Made by a program: the position numbers and the translations under genes. Shown here in pieces: positions 12,752 to 22,577 of a stretch of DNA of 64,000 nucleotides. The notes below the pieces were generated by a model that saw nothing but the letters and a program-made list of their open reading frames with translations, did not search any database and had not been told where the DNA came from. The stretch's first letter is position 1. Every line of letters starts with the position of its first letter. The stretch is from Epiperipatus broadwayi (taxonomy: Eukaryota > Animalia > Onychophora): NCBI GenBank assembly GCA_028023455.1, contig JAQFVV010000010.1, forward strand, positions 14,818,001-14,882,000, read 5' to 3'.

Positions 12752-12857
12752 TTTTTTTTCCTCATGTGTCATAGCATCAGCTGGGAAGCAAACCCGCTAA
12801 CCCGGGACAACTGCTTGCAAAGCAGCCGTCGCTGGCGTCTCGACCACCAATGCTTGA
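12752..12857 (-). mobile_element. tRNA-Gly-derived SINE
   Basis: Reverse complement caaGCATTGGTGGTCGAG...GCTGC-TTTGCAA-GCAGT...GGGTTTGCTTCCC..GATGCTATGACAC plus A tail; strongly similar to 27228-27298. Confidence 0.8.
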
Positions 12858-14027
12858 GATAAAAAATGATTGCTGCTACATATATAAGCACTATATAAAT
12901 GAAATTAATGAATTTCTAAATTTTTTAAATTTTTATTTAATATTTATTTGAATCATAGTTTGAGACTGGAACATGGTAAAATTGTATACTGCATTTTTTG
13001 AGAAGAGAGAAAAAAGTAATACTACACATATTTGCTTAAAAAATAATAAATTAGTTGATATGAATATTAGCACTTTTTAAAAATATATTTAATAATAAAC
13101 TATTTTTCAAACCATTTATTTAAAAATTTTGAAAATTAAAATTGCTTAAATATCTGTAAATTTATTTTATTTCATTAAACATCCCATGATTTTTTTATTT
13201 ATTGCTTATGATAATTATACAATAATTATTTTGCAATCTTTTTTTTTTTAAAAAAATTTTTAATGTACATTAAATTGTGCAGTATGTCATTTATTTTAAC
13301 AGGTAAGATTTAAAAAAAATCTTGTTTGCATAATGTTCGAATTTATTATTATCTAAATCTCTGCCTATTTTAATGTTACAAGAGGTTTGATTTTTTCATA
13401 CTGTAATTCATGATATCAGAGATTATGAAAGATTATTTTATAATATAAAAAGGAATATATTGTGCTAAAGGGATAAATAATAAATTTCCACCTATGATAA
13501 TTATTTAATTATTTATAATACCCTATTTGCATATATAATTTTTATGAATATATTTAAGGAAAATCTTATTAAACTTTTTCTCCTAACATTACCAATAATT
13601 GATTATTATTATTATTGGCCAGTTATTATTTTATATTTACAAACTCTGACTATTTTTGATCAAACTGTTGCTTTTTTTACTTTCATCTACATTTTTTTTT
13701 TTTTAAATACATGTTGTATTCATCGATATATTTGACAATATTTATACTATTCATCATAAACTGAATGTTTAATTTTATTTGAAATTAAATTGATACTAGG
13801 AGTCTCTCTGTACAGTATTTTTAATTATTGTAAGCTTACAATCACTCAGTGTACGTTTAATCAGCTTTAAAAAATTTAATTATGTAATTCTAATCTGAAA
13901 AGGTCAATCAAACTATAAGAAAGTTTTAGCTTTCAGCAGATCATTGCCAGAACCATAGTGCTGAAAAAATATATACTATTGAAAATTTAATTATTTATAT
14001 ATAAAAGTAGGTTGAAGTAAAGAGATT

Positions 14028-14130
14028 CTCTCTTTTCTTCATAGCGTAAGCTTGTGTTTTAAGACCTATAGAGGTCCCTACCTTCGTATTTTTCAGACGC
14101 TTATTTCTAAGGTTACAGCCTTAGTAAATT
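14028..14130. repeat. Short interspersed repeat family Q, copy 1
   Basis: About 100 bp similar to 22063-22165 (gtaagcttgtg..taagacct.tagaggtcc.taccttcg.attt...gccttagtaaat). Confidence 0.75.
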
Positions 14131-14688
14131 ATTATTTATATAAGAAGACAAAATGTTTTAAATTGAATTCAAAATTATAAAAATTTAACATTATGTAAAG
14201 TGATAAGAAATTTGGATAAATAATGCATCAAACCATCAACACTGAATTACCCCCCCCCTTCTTTATTTTTGTTTTCTAGGAGCCTCTGAGTAGAATTTTT
14301 AATTGTTGTAAATAAATAGATAAGTTCTTTTACTAGGTATTAAAAATTTTAATTATTTAATTTAAAATTACAATATGCAATTTCAGGAATTTAAATTGAA
14401 TACTCATTTGGCATTCACAGTAAGTAAATAATCTTAGCATCTTTCATTAGAAGTCTATTTCCAGTTTTTTTATTAATTAGAGTTCTGAATTATTTTGAAC
14501 AATCAAATTAAAAAGCAGTAAACAACTTATAAAAATCAAAGCATGCTACTTTTTGAATTTTTTAGGTTTTAATCATTTTTGTATTCATTTCAAAGACTAC
14601 ACCTAGAGTTGATATTTCATAGTGCTTGTTTAGAAGTTAAGATTGATGGCGAAACCTTGTAAAATAAAATATCTATTGGTTGATGGGT

Positions 14689-15256
14689 TAAACAGGCAAA
14701 ACTCACTATATGTATTGCCACTCACTGCAAGCTAGAGCCATCAATGGATGCCAGAAGGATTGTGCATAAAATCCCCATCTAGTGCCTACTCATCCAATAT
14801 CCCCAGACTAGTTTCTGCCTAATAGGATAGTGGTGGATATGGTTATTAAAGAACCAAAGACACCAAAATGTATAGGTACTGATTTGACTTCAGACCTATA
14901 TGACTAGATAAGCTAATGAGCTTGGATTGAAAATATTAAGGTGTTTTCAATTTAAGACTCATAATTTTGTAGTTAAGTAGAGATAAAAGGTGGCTGCTGG
15001 AGGGTTGCAGTAGATCCTAAGATTTAGATGCAGTGCTCTCAAATCCAAGGCTCCTCACTGACGAAGGTCTCAAGCCAGAAACTAGTCTGGGGATATTGGA
15101 TGATTAGGCACTAGATGGGTATTTTATGTACGAGCCTTCTGGTATCCATTGATTACTCTGGCTTGCACTGAGTGGCAATACGTATAGTGAGTTTTGCCTG
15201 TTTTAATAACAGTTATAAGCAAGTATAAGAAATGGTGATCATGTGATGTTTATTGG
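14689..15256. mobile_element. HHR family F fold-back element with 15-bp flanking direct repeat
   Basis: 14689-14818 is an inverted copy of about 15078-15205; TATTGGTTGATGGGT at 14674-14688 and 15251-15265 (the first bases overlap the element end). Confidence 0.85.
15052..15093 (+). ncRNA. Type-I hammerhead ribozyme motif, family F, core intact
   Basis: TCCTCA-CTGACGA-A-GGT(CTCAA)GCC-A-GAAA-CTAG-TC-TGGGGA: 6-bp helix I, CUGANGA and GAAA boxes, palindromic helix III ACTAGT, UC site at 15087. Confidence 0.8.
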
Positions 15257-16690
15257 TTGATGGGTAACAGAGTTGTCTTTAGTGGTCTAAGGATTTTTTT
15301 CTCCCTAGTCTTTATTTTTTCAGCCTTTCCTTCCATTTTGCTCTGTTAAAATCATATTATTCTGCATGTTAATTGTTTTTGTTTTTTTTGTTATTGTTGT
15401 TCTTTTTTTACTATTTGCTGTTTTATATCCCATAGATATTTATAAATTTGTTTTATTCAGATTTAATTGAATTGTTGTGTGGGATAAACAAGTCATGCAT
15501 ATGCATCACTTATGATATTATACATTGATCTTGTATCATAATTTTATAATATCTTTCGAGTGTTTATTCAAATAAAGAATTTATTGCCAGTTACATCAGA
15601 TTTTTTATAGGGATTATCTAAGTAAAATCTTCATAATCAATGTTAGTTTTGTTTTTTATTCTTACAGAAATTACTTGAGAATGTTGGTGGGAATTATTCA
15701 ATTTAAAAAAAAAAAAACTTCATTGAATATTTGAATACTGTTTTAAGAAACTTAGTCTCCTTTCATAAATGATAAATTTGCATAAGCTAAATCTGAAAAT
15801 TGAACAAAGTCACGATAATAAAATATTAACAAGCGTTAAATAAATATTGATACTTCTTTCAATGAAACCATCAGTTGTAAATTAATTGATGATGATTGAA
15901 AAATGCTTGGATAAAAGAATTTATTTGGAAAAACAAGCTGAAGTTTCTAAATTTCACTAAATTTTATTGTTAGTAATCACTAATGTGCATCTTCCGGGCA
16001 ATAATTGAGCACAGTTATGTCTCATTGGTTGTTGTTTATAATATATATATATGTATATATTAAATATCATTTTAAAGAAAAAGTGATTTTCTTTAACCAA
16101 ATAATAGTTTAATTAATATTTAAAGCAATATATATGTATTTATTATTTTTAACATTATCATTTCTTGAATATATGAATTTTCAGTTGATATATTTCCAGT
16201 GAGAAGGATTGCTTGATTGTTAGCACATCTACCTACCATTCCCATGATCTGGGATTCATGTATGGACAAGTAACTTGGGATATACTTAGGCTACTCAACT
16301 AGCTACCCAATTTATTAGACAGTCAGTAAATGAATGTGCATCTGTTCTTGTCAGAGAGGAAAGTAGTAAATGAAATCTTGGAAAATTTATTATTTAATAG
16401 TTGGCTAGCCTTGTGAGTATAACTTTTTTCATTGAAGAAAGCTTTTCAAAACTATTTTCAGACTGCTTTACTTTATCACTTTCCCACATTGAGAAATTAT
16501 AAATTATACTATTTTATTAAAAAAATACTAAGTTACACTTCTTTTAAGAAATATGAAGAATATAACAATTTTTTTTAACATGTTAATAAAACAACAAAAT
16601 ATATAGCTATAATAGAAAATGTTTATATAGATAGATAGATAGATAAATTAATAGTTTTGGGGCTGAACTGTGGATTATTTTCCATTATAT

Positions 16691-16731
16691 ACCGATATTT
16701 CGATGGATTAGCATCCGCCTTTATCAAGGTT
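16691..16731 (-). ncRNA. Minimal type-I hammerhead at the Penelope 3' end, U3:A8 variant
   Basis: Reverse complement AACC-TTGATAA-A-GGCGGAT(GCTA)ATCCATC-GAAA-TA-TC-GGT; helix I ACC/GGT, palindromic helix III ATAT, helix II with one mismatch and one G-U, consistent with CpG decay. Confidence 0.8.
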
Positions 16732-16821
16732 AACTTTTGAAAGAAAAATCATTAGATCTCAAACAATAATGTGATTCAGTGCAAAATGAGAAATGAGATT
16801 CAACTTGAAGTAGTTCAGCAT

Positions 16822-17292
16822 TCACAATATGAGGCTTATCAAAATGTTTATTTCCTTCAGTTTTTCACCTATTAATTTTAAGTTAATATTAGATAAAATG
16901 AGAGGTTTCCACATAGCTGGAATATGATGTGCTTCATCAGCCCTATTTAAACCAGTAGGTCTCTTTAATATTTCAATTGACTCTCTCATGGTTCTTAAAT
17001 CATATCTTTCCAAATTAGCAAGTATTTTTGTATTATCAAAATCAGGTTTGTGACCAATTTCTAAAAAATGGAAAGTAAAAACTGATGTGCTAATTTTTTG
17101 ATTAAAAGCATTTCTCTGTTCCTTAATTCTGAGATTTATTCGTCTATTAGACTGACCCACATAGCTTCTTAAGCACTGCAAAAATGGAATTTCATAAACT
17201 CCTTGGTATTCCAAAAATATTCTGTCTTTAGGTTTATATAAAAAATCACCAATTTTTTTGCCAGAAGAAAAAGTAGTCTTTATATTAAACAA
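16822..17292 (-). pseudogene. GIY-YIG endonuclease domain of the Penelope-like element
   Basis: ORF with GVYEIPFLQCLRSYVGQSNRRINLRIKEQ...RESIEI...LNRADE. Confidence 0.9.
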
Positions 17293-18560
17293 GATAGTCT
17301 TCTACTGATTGTATCAGTAACCCCTTTAATATAAGGTAAAATTACTCTATTAAAAGAGGAATTGTCAATTTTATCCTTTTTTTTTTTTTTTAAAGCATTA
17401 ATGTTATATAAAGCCTTACATATGATGTTTTTATTATAATTATTAGAAAGTAGAATATTTTTTGTAAGTTCTATTTCTTGAGTAAAATGTTGTTTATCAG
17501 ATAAATTATAAGCTCTAGTCAACAGATTTTTTGCTACAGAAAAAAATTGTGCAGGATGATGATGAGAATTAAAATTAAGATATCTGTTTGTATGGGTAGA
17601 TTTTCTGTAAACTGATATTGATAATGTTTTATCACATTTTATTGCAATTAAAACATCTAGAAAAGAAAGTGATCTGTTATTTTCCACTTCCATAATAAAT
17701 TTAATATTTGGATGTCAATTATTTATAAGAACAAGAAAAGAATTTAAGGCATCAATGCCACGAGGCCATATGACAAATGAATTATCATCCAAATATCTAA
17801 GCCAAATAGGTTTTTTAATAGCTGCACACAATACTTGACTTTCAAAATTATCCATGAAAAGATCAGCAATTAGAGGTGACAGTGGAGATCCCATAGAAAG
17901 TCCTTTAATTTGTTTAAACTTTTGAGAATTATAAACAAAAAAATGTATTTTCAAGGCAATGCTTCACTAATGGAATAATAAAATCAGGTAAATCATTGTA
18001 TTGTGCTATTATACTTAATGCTTCTTCAACAGGAATATTAGTAAACATAGAAGAAACATCGAAACTAACCAATAAATCAGTTCCAGATAGTTTTAAGTTT
18101 TTAATTATAGAAATAAAATGACATGAATTTTTAATTCTTGATGGAATCTTATTCTGTCATTGGTTGTAAGCATTGGGCTAAATATCGAGCCAAAGCATGT
18201 GTGGGAGAACCTATAGCACACACAATAGGTCACAATGGTATCTCAGGTTTATGAATTTTAGGCAAACCATAAAATTTAGGATATAATGAAGAACCTTCTC
18301 TTGGAGAAATTTTAATTTTCATATCTTTATCTATACTAGAACGTTTGATTAGACATTTTGTCTTTTTCTCTAAATATGTCAGAGGATCTCTAATAATATT
18401 TTTATAAGTTCCATTATTTAATAAATCTGCAATTTTATTATTATAATCTAAATAATTAAGTACAACAGTCAAATTCCCTTTATCTGCTGGAATAATAACA
18501 ATAGAATCATCTTTTTTTAAATTTTGAATTGCAATAAATTTTCCTTTAGATTTTTGGTGG
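17280..18560 (-). pseudogene. Penelope-type reverse transcriptase and thumb, broken by frameshifts and stops
   Basis: ORF pieces 18230-18472, 17715-17954 and 17280-17693 plus the intervening SFDVSSMFTNIP are collinear RT motifs. Confidence 0.9.
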
Positions 18561-19144
18561 TTTCATATTTTTTAAGATAGCACAAACTTCAAATCTAATA
18601 AGATCAGCTGTGTGTAAGTCTTTATTTTTTGAGTTCAACCCAAAAACTATTAATTTATTTATATATGCATTATTGTAAATACCCTAAAACATCTAGTTAC
18701 ACCAAGAAGTACAATTTCCATTACATCAGGAAAAAAATACAAGATCTATTCACTTGCAACAAAGATGCATTGCCTACTTCTTTGAGATGTTTCCTAGCAA
18801 TAATCAGATCATGAACTCAAATTTCTCCTATCAGTTATACTCACATCTCTATCATTATATATATATATATATATATTGGTGTTCTTAGATAATGAAAAAA
18901 CACGGATGCCTGTTTGATCCACAGACTTATGTGTAGAGCGGAATGATAGGAAAAGAAAGATAAATGAGGCTTGATAATCACAAACCATAATAATGTGATA
19001 AATAAAAGAGCTAATAGCATCCAATTATCAAACCATTGGAATATGTAAATCAAGTTCATTTTCATATTATTAACAGTTACTATAAAGCTGCATACAGAAT
19101 GAATTGAAACAGATATGATTATGGTGCACAACATTGAAAATGTA

Positions 19145-19253
19145 ATCTTGCATGGGTGGTCGAGAGGTCAGTGCGACTGCATTGCACTTGCAGACAGTTG
19201 CCCGAGTTGCGGGTTCGCGTCCCGGCCGATGCTATGACACTTTAAAATAAAAA
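19145..19253 (+). mobile_element. tRNA-Gly-derived SINE with 15-bp TSD
   Basis: A-box-like GTGGTCGAGAGG, B box GGGTTCGCGTCCC, GATGCTATGACAC, A-rich tail; TSD AACATTGAAAATGTA at 19130-19144 and 19254-19268. Confidence 0.85.
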
Positions 19254-19760
19254 AACATTGAAAATGTATTAAGCTGAATGGAAAATCAAAATCATATCAA
19301 TATACACATGCAAAATTTATTATATATATATAATTTAGATGAACGCAAACTATCTTTCTCACATGCCTACGACTTAAGAGCATTTCCCATCTGTATTTAG
19401 AGCTTATTTTAAATAAATCAAGATTCGTTGACAATGCTATTAATAGTTTGTGATTTTATTATTAAATTGCTTGATGTTTAAATTATTTTATTATTAGTAA
19501 AGGTTTGAATAATCAATTCCAAGGAAGATAAAGTATCTCATTTTTGATTATTTGCGACAATGAACCACATTAGTTTAAATAGATGTAAATATTAAATAAA
19601 ACATAGTGTCTTAGGTATGCAATTTAGATGAAAGTAATGTACTGTTTACATATGCACTGTGAATTGTGAACACTCCCTATCAATTCATAGCATAACCATC
19701 AAAATATTATGTGATTACCATATCATATGCTTACACTGGCTGTTAATAATATGTGATGTG

Positions 19761-19881
19761 ATAGCAAACTCTGTATATAGTAGTGACACCAAGTGCAAGC
19801 CTTAGTAATCAATGAATGCCAAGCATCCATTGATTACTAAGGCTTGCACTTGGTGGCATTACTGTATGGAGAGTTTGCTAT
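19761..19881. repeat. Fold-back hairpin derived from the family F tail
   Basis: caccaagtgcaagccttagtaatcaatg / cattgattactaaggcttgcacttggtg perfect arms; outer atagcaaactc / gagtttgctat. Confidence 0.8.
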
Positions 19882-20967
19882 TGTTGTCGCATATGTGTGA
19901 AAGGTAGTCCGCTTCCTATATATATATAAATGCTGTTATTTAATATTTACACATTAAATATATATATATGTAAGTCAATACATATATAAATATAACTTTT
20001 GTTTTTCTCATCTTTTTTATCCTCCTAGAATTAGAATGGCTATAACTCATTTATAAGAGATTATTAAAGTGCCTCAATAATTTTTTATTATACTTTTTTA
20101 TAGTTGAAAGAGTTAATAGTCCTGAAGGCCTATGTTTGATTACTTTCAAACCACAAAATAGTAATTGAATGAATTTCAAGAATGCCAGACAAAAAAAAAA
20201 GACAGAGAGAACCGTCAGAAACTCTAAAACTGAAGTGTATTTTTCTAAGAATGAAAATGTTTGAGTAGAAATAGAAGCAATTTGAAGGTGGATTATGAAG
20301 ATAAAGAATATCTTTCATATAATCTTCTCACTCGCGTATGAAAAAAGCTTCATTAAAAAATGTTGTTTTCTATATATATTAATTCCTTTAAGATAGTATA
20401 AAAAGGTTTTTATTTTATCAATTTAAAAAATTGCAAGCATAGAAATGAGTTATTAGTCAGCTGGAATTATGACAAATGAACACTTTTTCTTGTCAAGATT
20501 GAGTATAAGATTGTTAATTGCAAAAACTCATCATTAGCAGCCAATCATAAATAATTATCGTCATTCTAACTAATTAATTAAAAAATGATAGAAGGACAAA
20601 AAAAAAAAAAACATAGAAAGAGAATAGATTGAAATCAGAATTGTTCTATATATAATTAAAAGATTGAAATGTGGTTGCAATAAACACCCAGTTCCATTGT
20701 CACAGTATTAAAAAGATGATTCCAAAGTACAAAAAAATTAGAAAGAAATAGAGCAGATAGAAAATATTATTATATAAATAGTCTTTAATGACACAACACC
20801 TAATCCTATAAACTAGTGAAAGACAATTTTGGTCAGGTATTGCTTATGGTTTTTAGCAATTAATCCATGTAGTCTGGAGTTATTTTATTATAAGCAGCTT
20901 CAGAAGGGTGAATGATTGTAAATCTGCCATATATATTTATTAGATAAAATTTCTACTTTATTTAAAT

Positions 20968-21082
20968 ATATTTAAACAAAGTTAAGTTTTTCTAAAGACA
21001 TTCAGTATACATAGTAGATGATGGAAATAGTCCAATATAAAAATACAACTAGAACACCATCATCACAAACCTTCAGGAAAAC
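20968..21082 (+). repeat. 3' tail fragment of HHR-SINE family H
   Basis: tttctaaagacattca...tagatgatggaaatagtccaatataaaaatacaactagaacaccatcatcacaaaccttcaggaaaaca matches 62545-62637. Confidence 0.8.
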
Positions 21083-22059
21083 ACACCATTTCTACATGTT
21101 GCACAAAATGGTATTTATGAAAAATCAAAATAACACCACCAGATAATAGAATGCACTATACCAACATCAAAAAGGGCATATAAAATAGTTGTGCATTAAA
21201 CCTTATTTCCTCAAAACAACATAGTAGTATACCATTCTATACAAATAGAAAAAGAAAAAAGTGTAATCTTGTACAAATTCATCCTTTTTATACATGGCAG
21301 GTTAGTCTATACAAATATAATAAATAATGGATAACTTTAATATACTACCATTTTGACTTTTAAATTTATACATCATAATTTTATTACCAATAAAAGTTAA
21401 GATCATATGCTGTGAGGATAATAGTACATAACATTAATAATATAAGCCCATTTTGAACTTCTATAATTAGATAGAAGCCTCTGATGGCTTCTAAAATTGT
21501 AGCTAATTTATTTTAAATATAATGTAACCATTTGTAAATTATTACAATGGATAGCTATTAAGCCATAAATATATGGTATAATGCAAAAAAAAAAAAAAGC
21601 CTTCTGGTAATTAATAACAAAATAACTAATGAAATTAAAGGGATATGCGATTATAATTGTAAAAAATTTTGTCATCTGCTGTTCTATAATATCATCAATC
21701 TCAGTTCCATAATTGTGACATCTAGGATTTTATTTTTTCAATAATTAACTATTATATAACATCTAATGAAAAATTTGATTCTATACTTAATGAAATAAAC
21801 AGACCTTTGTGTAGGTTTTTTTTTTTTAATTGAATAAGATTACTACAAAAGGTTTAAACAATTTCAGAATTCATTTTTTCAAATTGTACGGAAAGTATGC
21901 ATGCTGTCAGAATATGAATAAATCAGTAGTCCAGTATTTAAAATTGAAATATTGTTATTGTATTTATATATTGGACTATTTCCATCATCTAATATTAAGC
22001 ATTGAATGTTTTTTAAAAAAATTAATTTTATTTAAATATTTCAATTACATTCAACTGTT

Positions 22060-22203
22060 GTTCCCCTCTTTTCTTCCAATGTGTAAGCTTGTGGTTAAGA
22101 CCTGTAGAGGTCCATACCTTCGCATTTTCAACCGCACATGCTTTAGGTTTATTGCCTTAGTAAATATTACTTACGTAATCAATGTGCGTTAAATAAATTT
22201 ATA
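22060..22203. mobile_element. Family Q insertion nested in family H, 11-bp TSD
   Basis: ATTCAACTGTT at 22049-22059 and 22204-22214; the empty site is visible in the 62187-62639 copy. Confidence 0.8.
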
Positions 22204-22239
22204 ATTCAACTGTTAGTAATAACACAAAGTTTAGTATAT

Positions 22240-22283
22240 GCACAACATTTTGAGATATATTCTCTTCTTTTTTTTCAGGTATT
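22240..22283 (-). ncRNA. Decayed hammerhead motif, family H
   Basis: Reverse complement aatac-CTGAAAA-aaaagaagagaatatatctc-AAAA-TG-TT-GTGC; G8, G12 and CpGs mutated. Confidence 0.5.
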
Positions 22284-22535
22284 GCTGGCCTGACCAATGA
22301 CAGTAATAGCACAGGAATTGAATCTGGACTCTTAAATTCTTGAATATTGAATATTAAAGTAATGCTCTAACCAACTGAGCCATCTGGGCTATCATGGCTC
22401 AGTTGATTACAGTGTTACCTTAAAATTCAATATTGAAGAATCTAAGGATCTCAGTTAGAGCATTATCTTAAAATTCGAGAATCTAAGGATCCAGGTTCAA
22501 TTCCTATGCTAGTACTGTCACTAATTAGGCCAGTA

Positions 22536-22577
22536 ACACCTGAAAAAGAGAGAATAATATCTCTTGAAATATTGTGT
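22536..22577 (+). ncRNA. Minimal hammerhead motif, family H (G8A without compensation)
   Basis: ACAC-CTGAAAA-A-GAGAGA(ATAATA)TCTCTT-GAAA-TA-TT-GTGT; all three helices can form. Confidence 0.7.

Larger units (their letters stand above)
16643..18658 (-). mobile_element. Penelope-like retroelement (RT + GIY-YIG endonuclease), 5'-truncated, frameshifted
   Basis: Motifs IIPADKGN, FYGLPKIHKP, SFDVSSMFTNIP, GLSMGSPLSP, RYLDD, LSFLDV, YRKSTHTNRYL, SHHHP, GVYEIP..C.RSYVGQSNRR. 27-bp inverted repeat at 16643-16669 and 18632-18658. Confidence 0.95.

Noticed and set aside
14060-14130. Family Q as a complete hammerhead or HDV-like ribozyme
   Set aside because: Both copies lack CUGANGA; an HDV fold could not be drawn.
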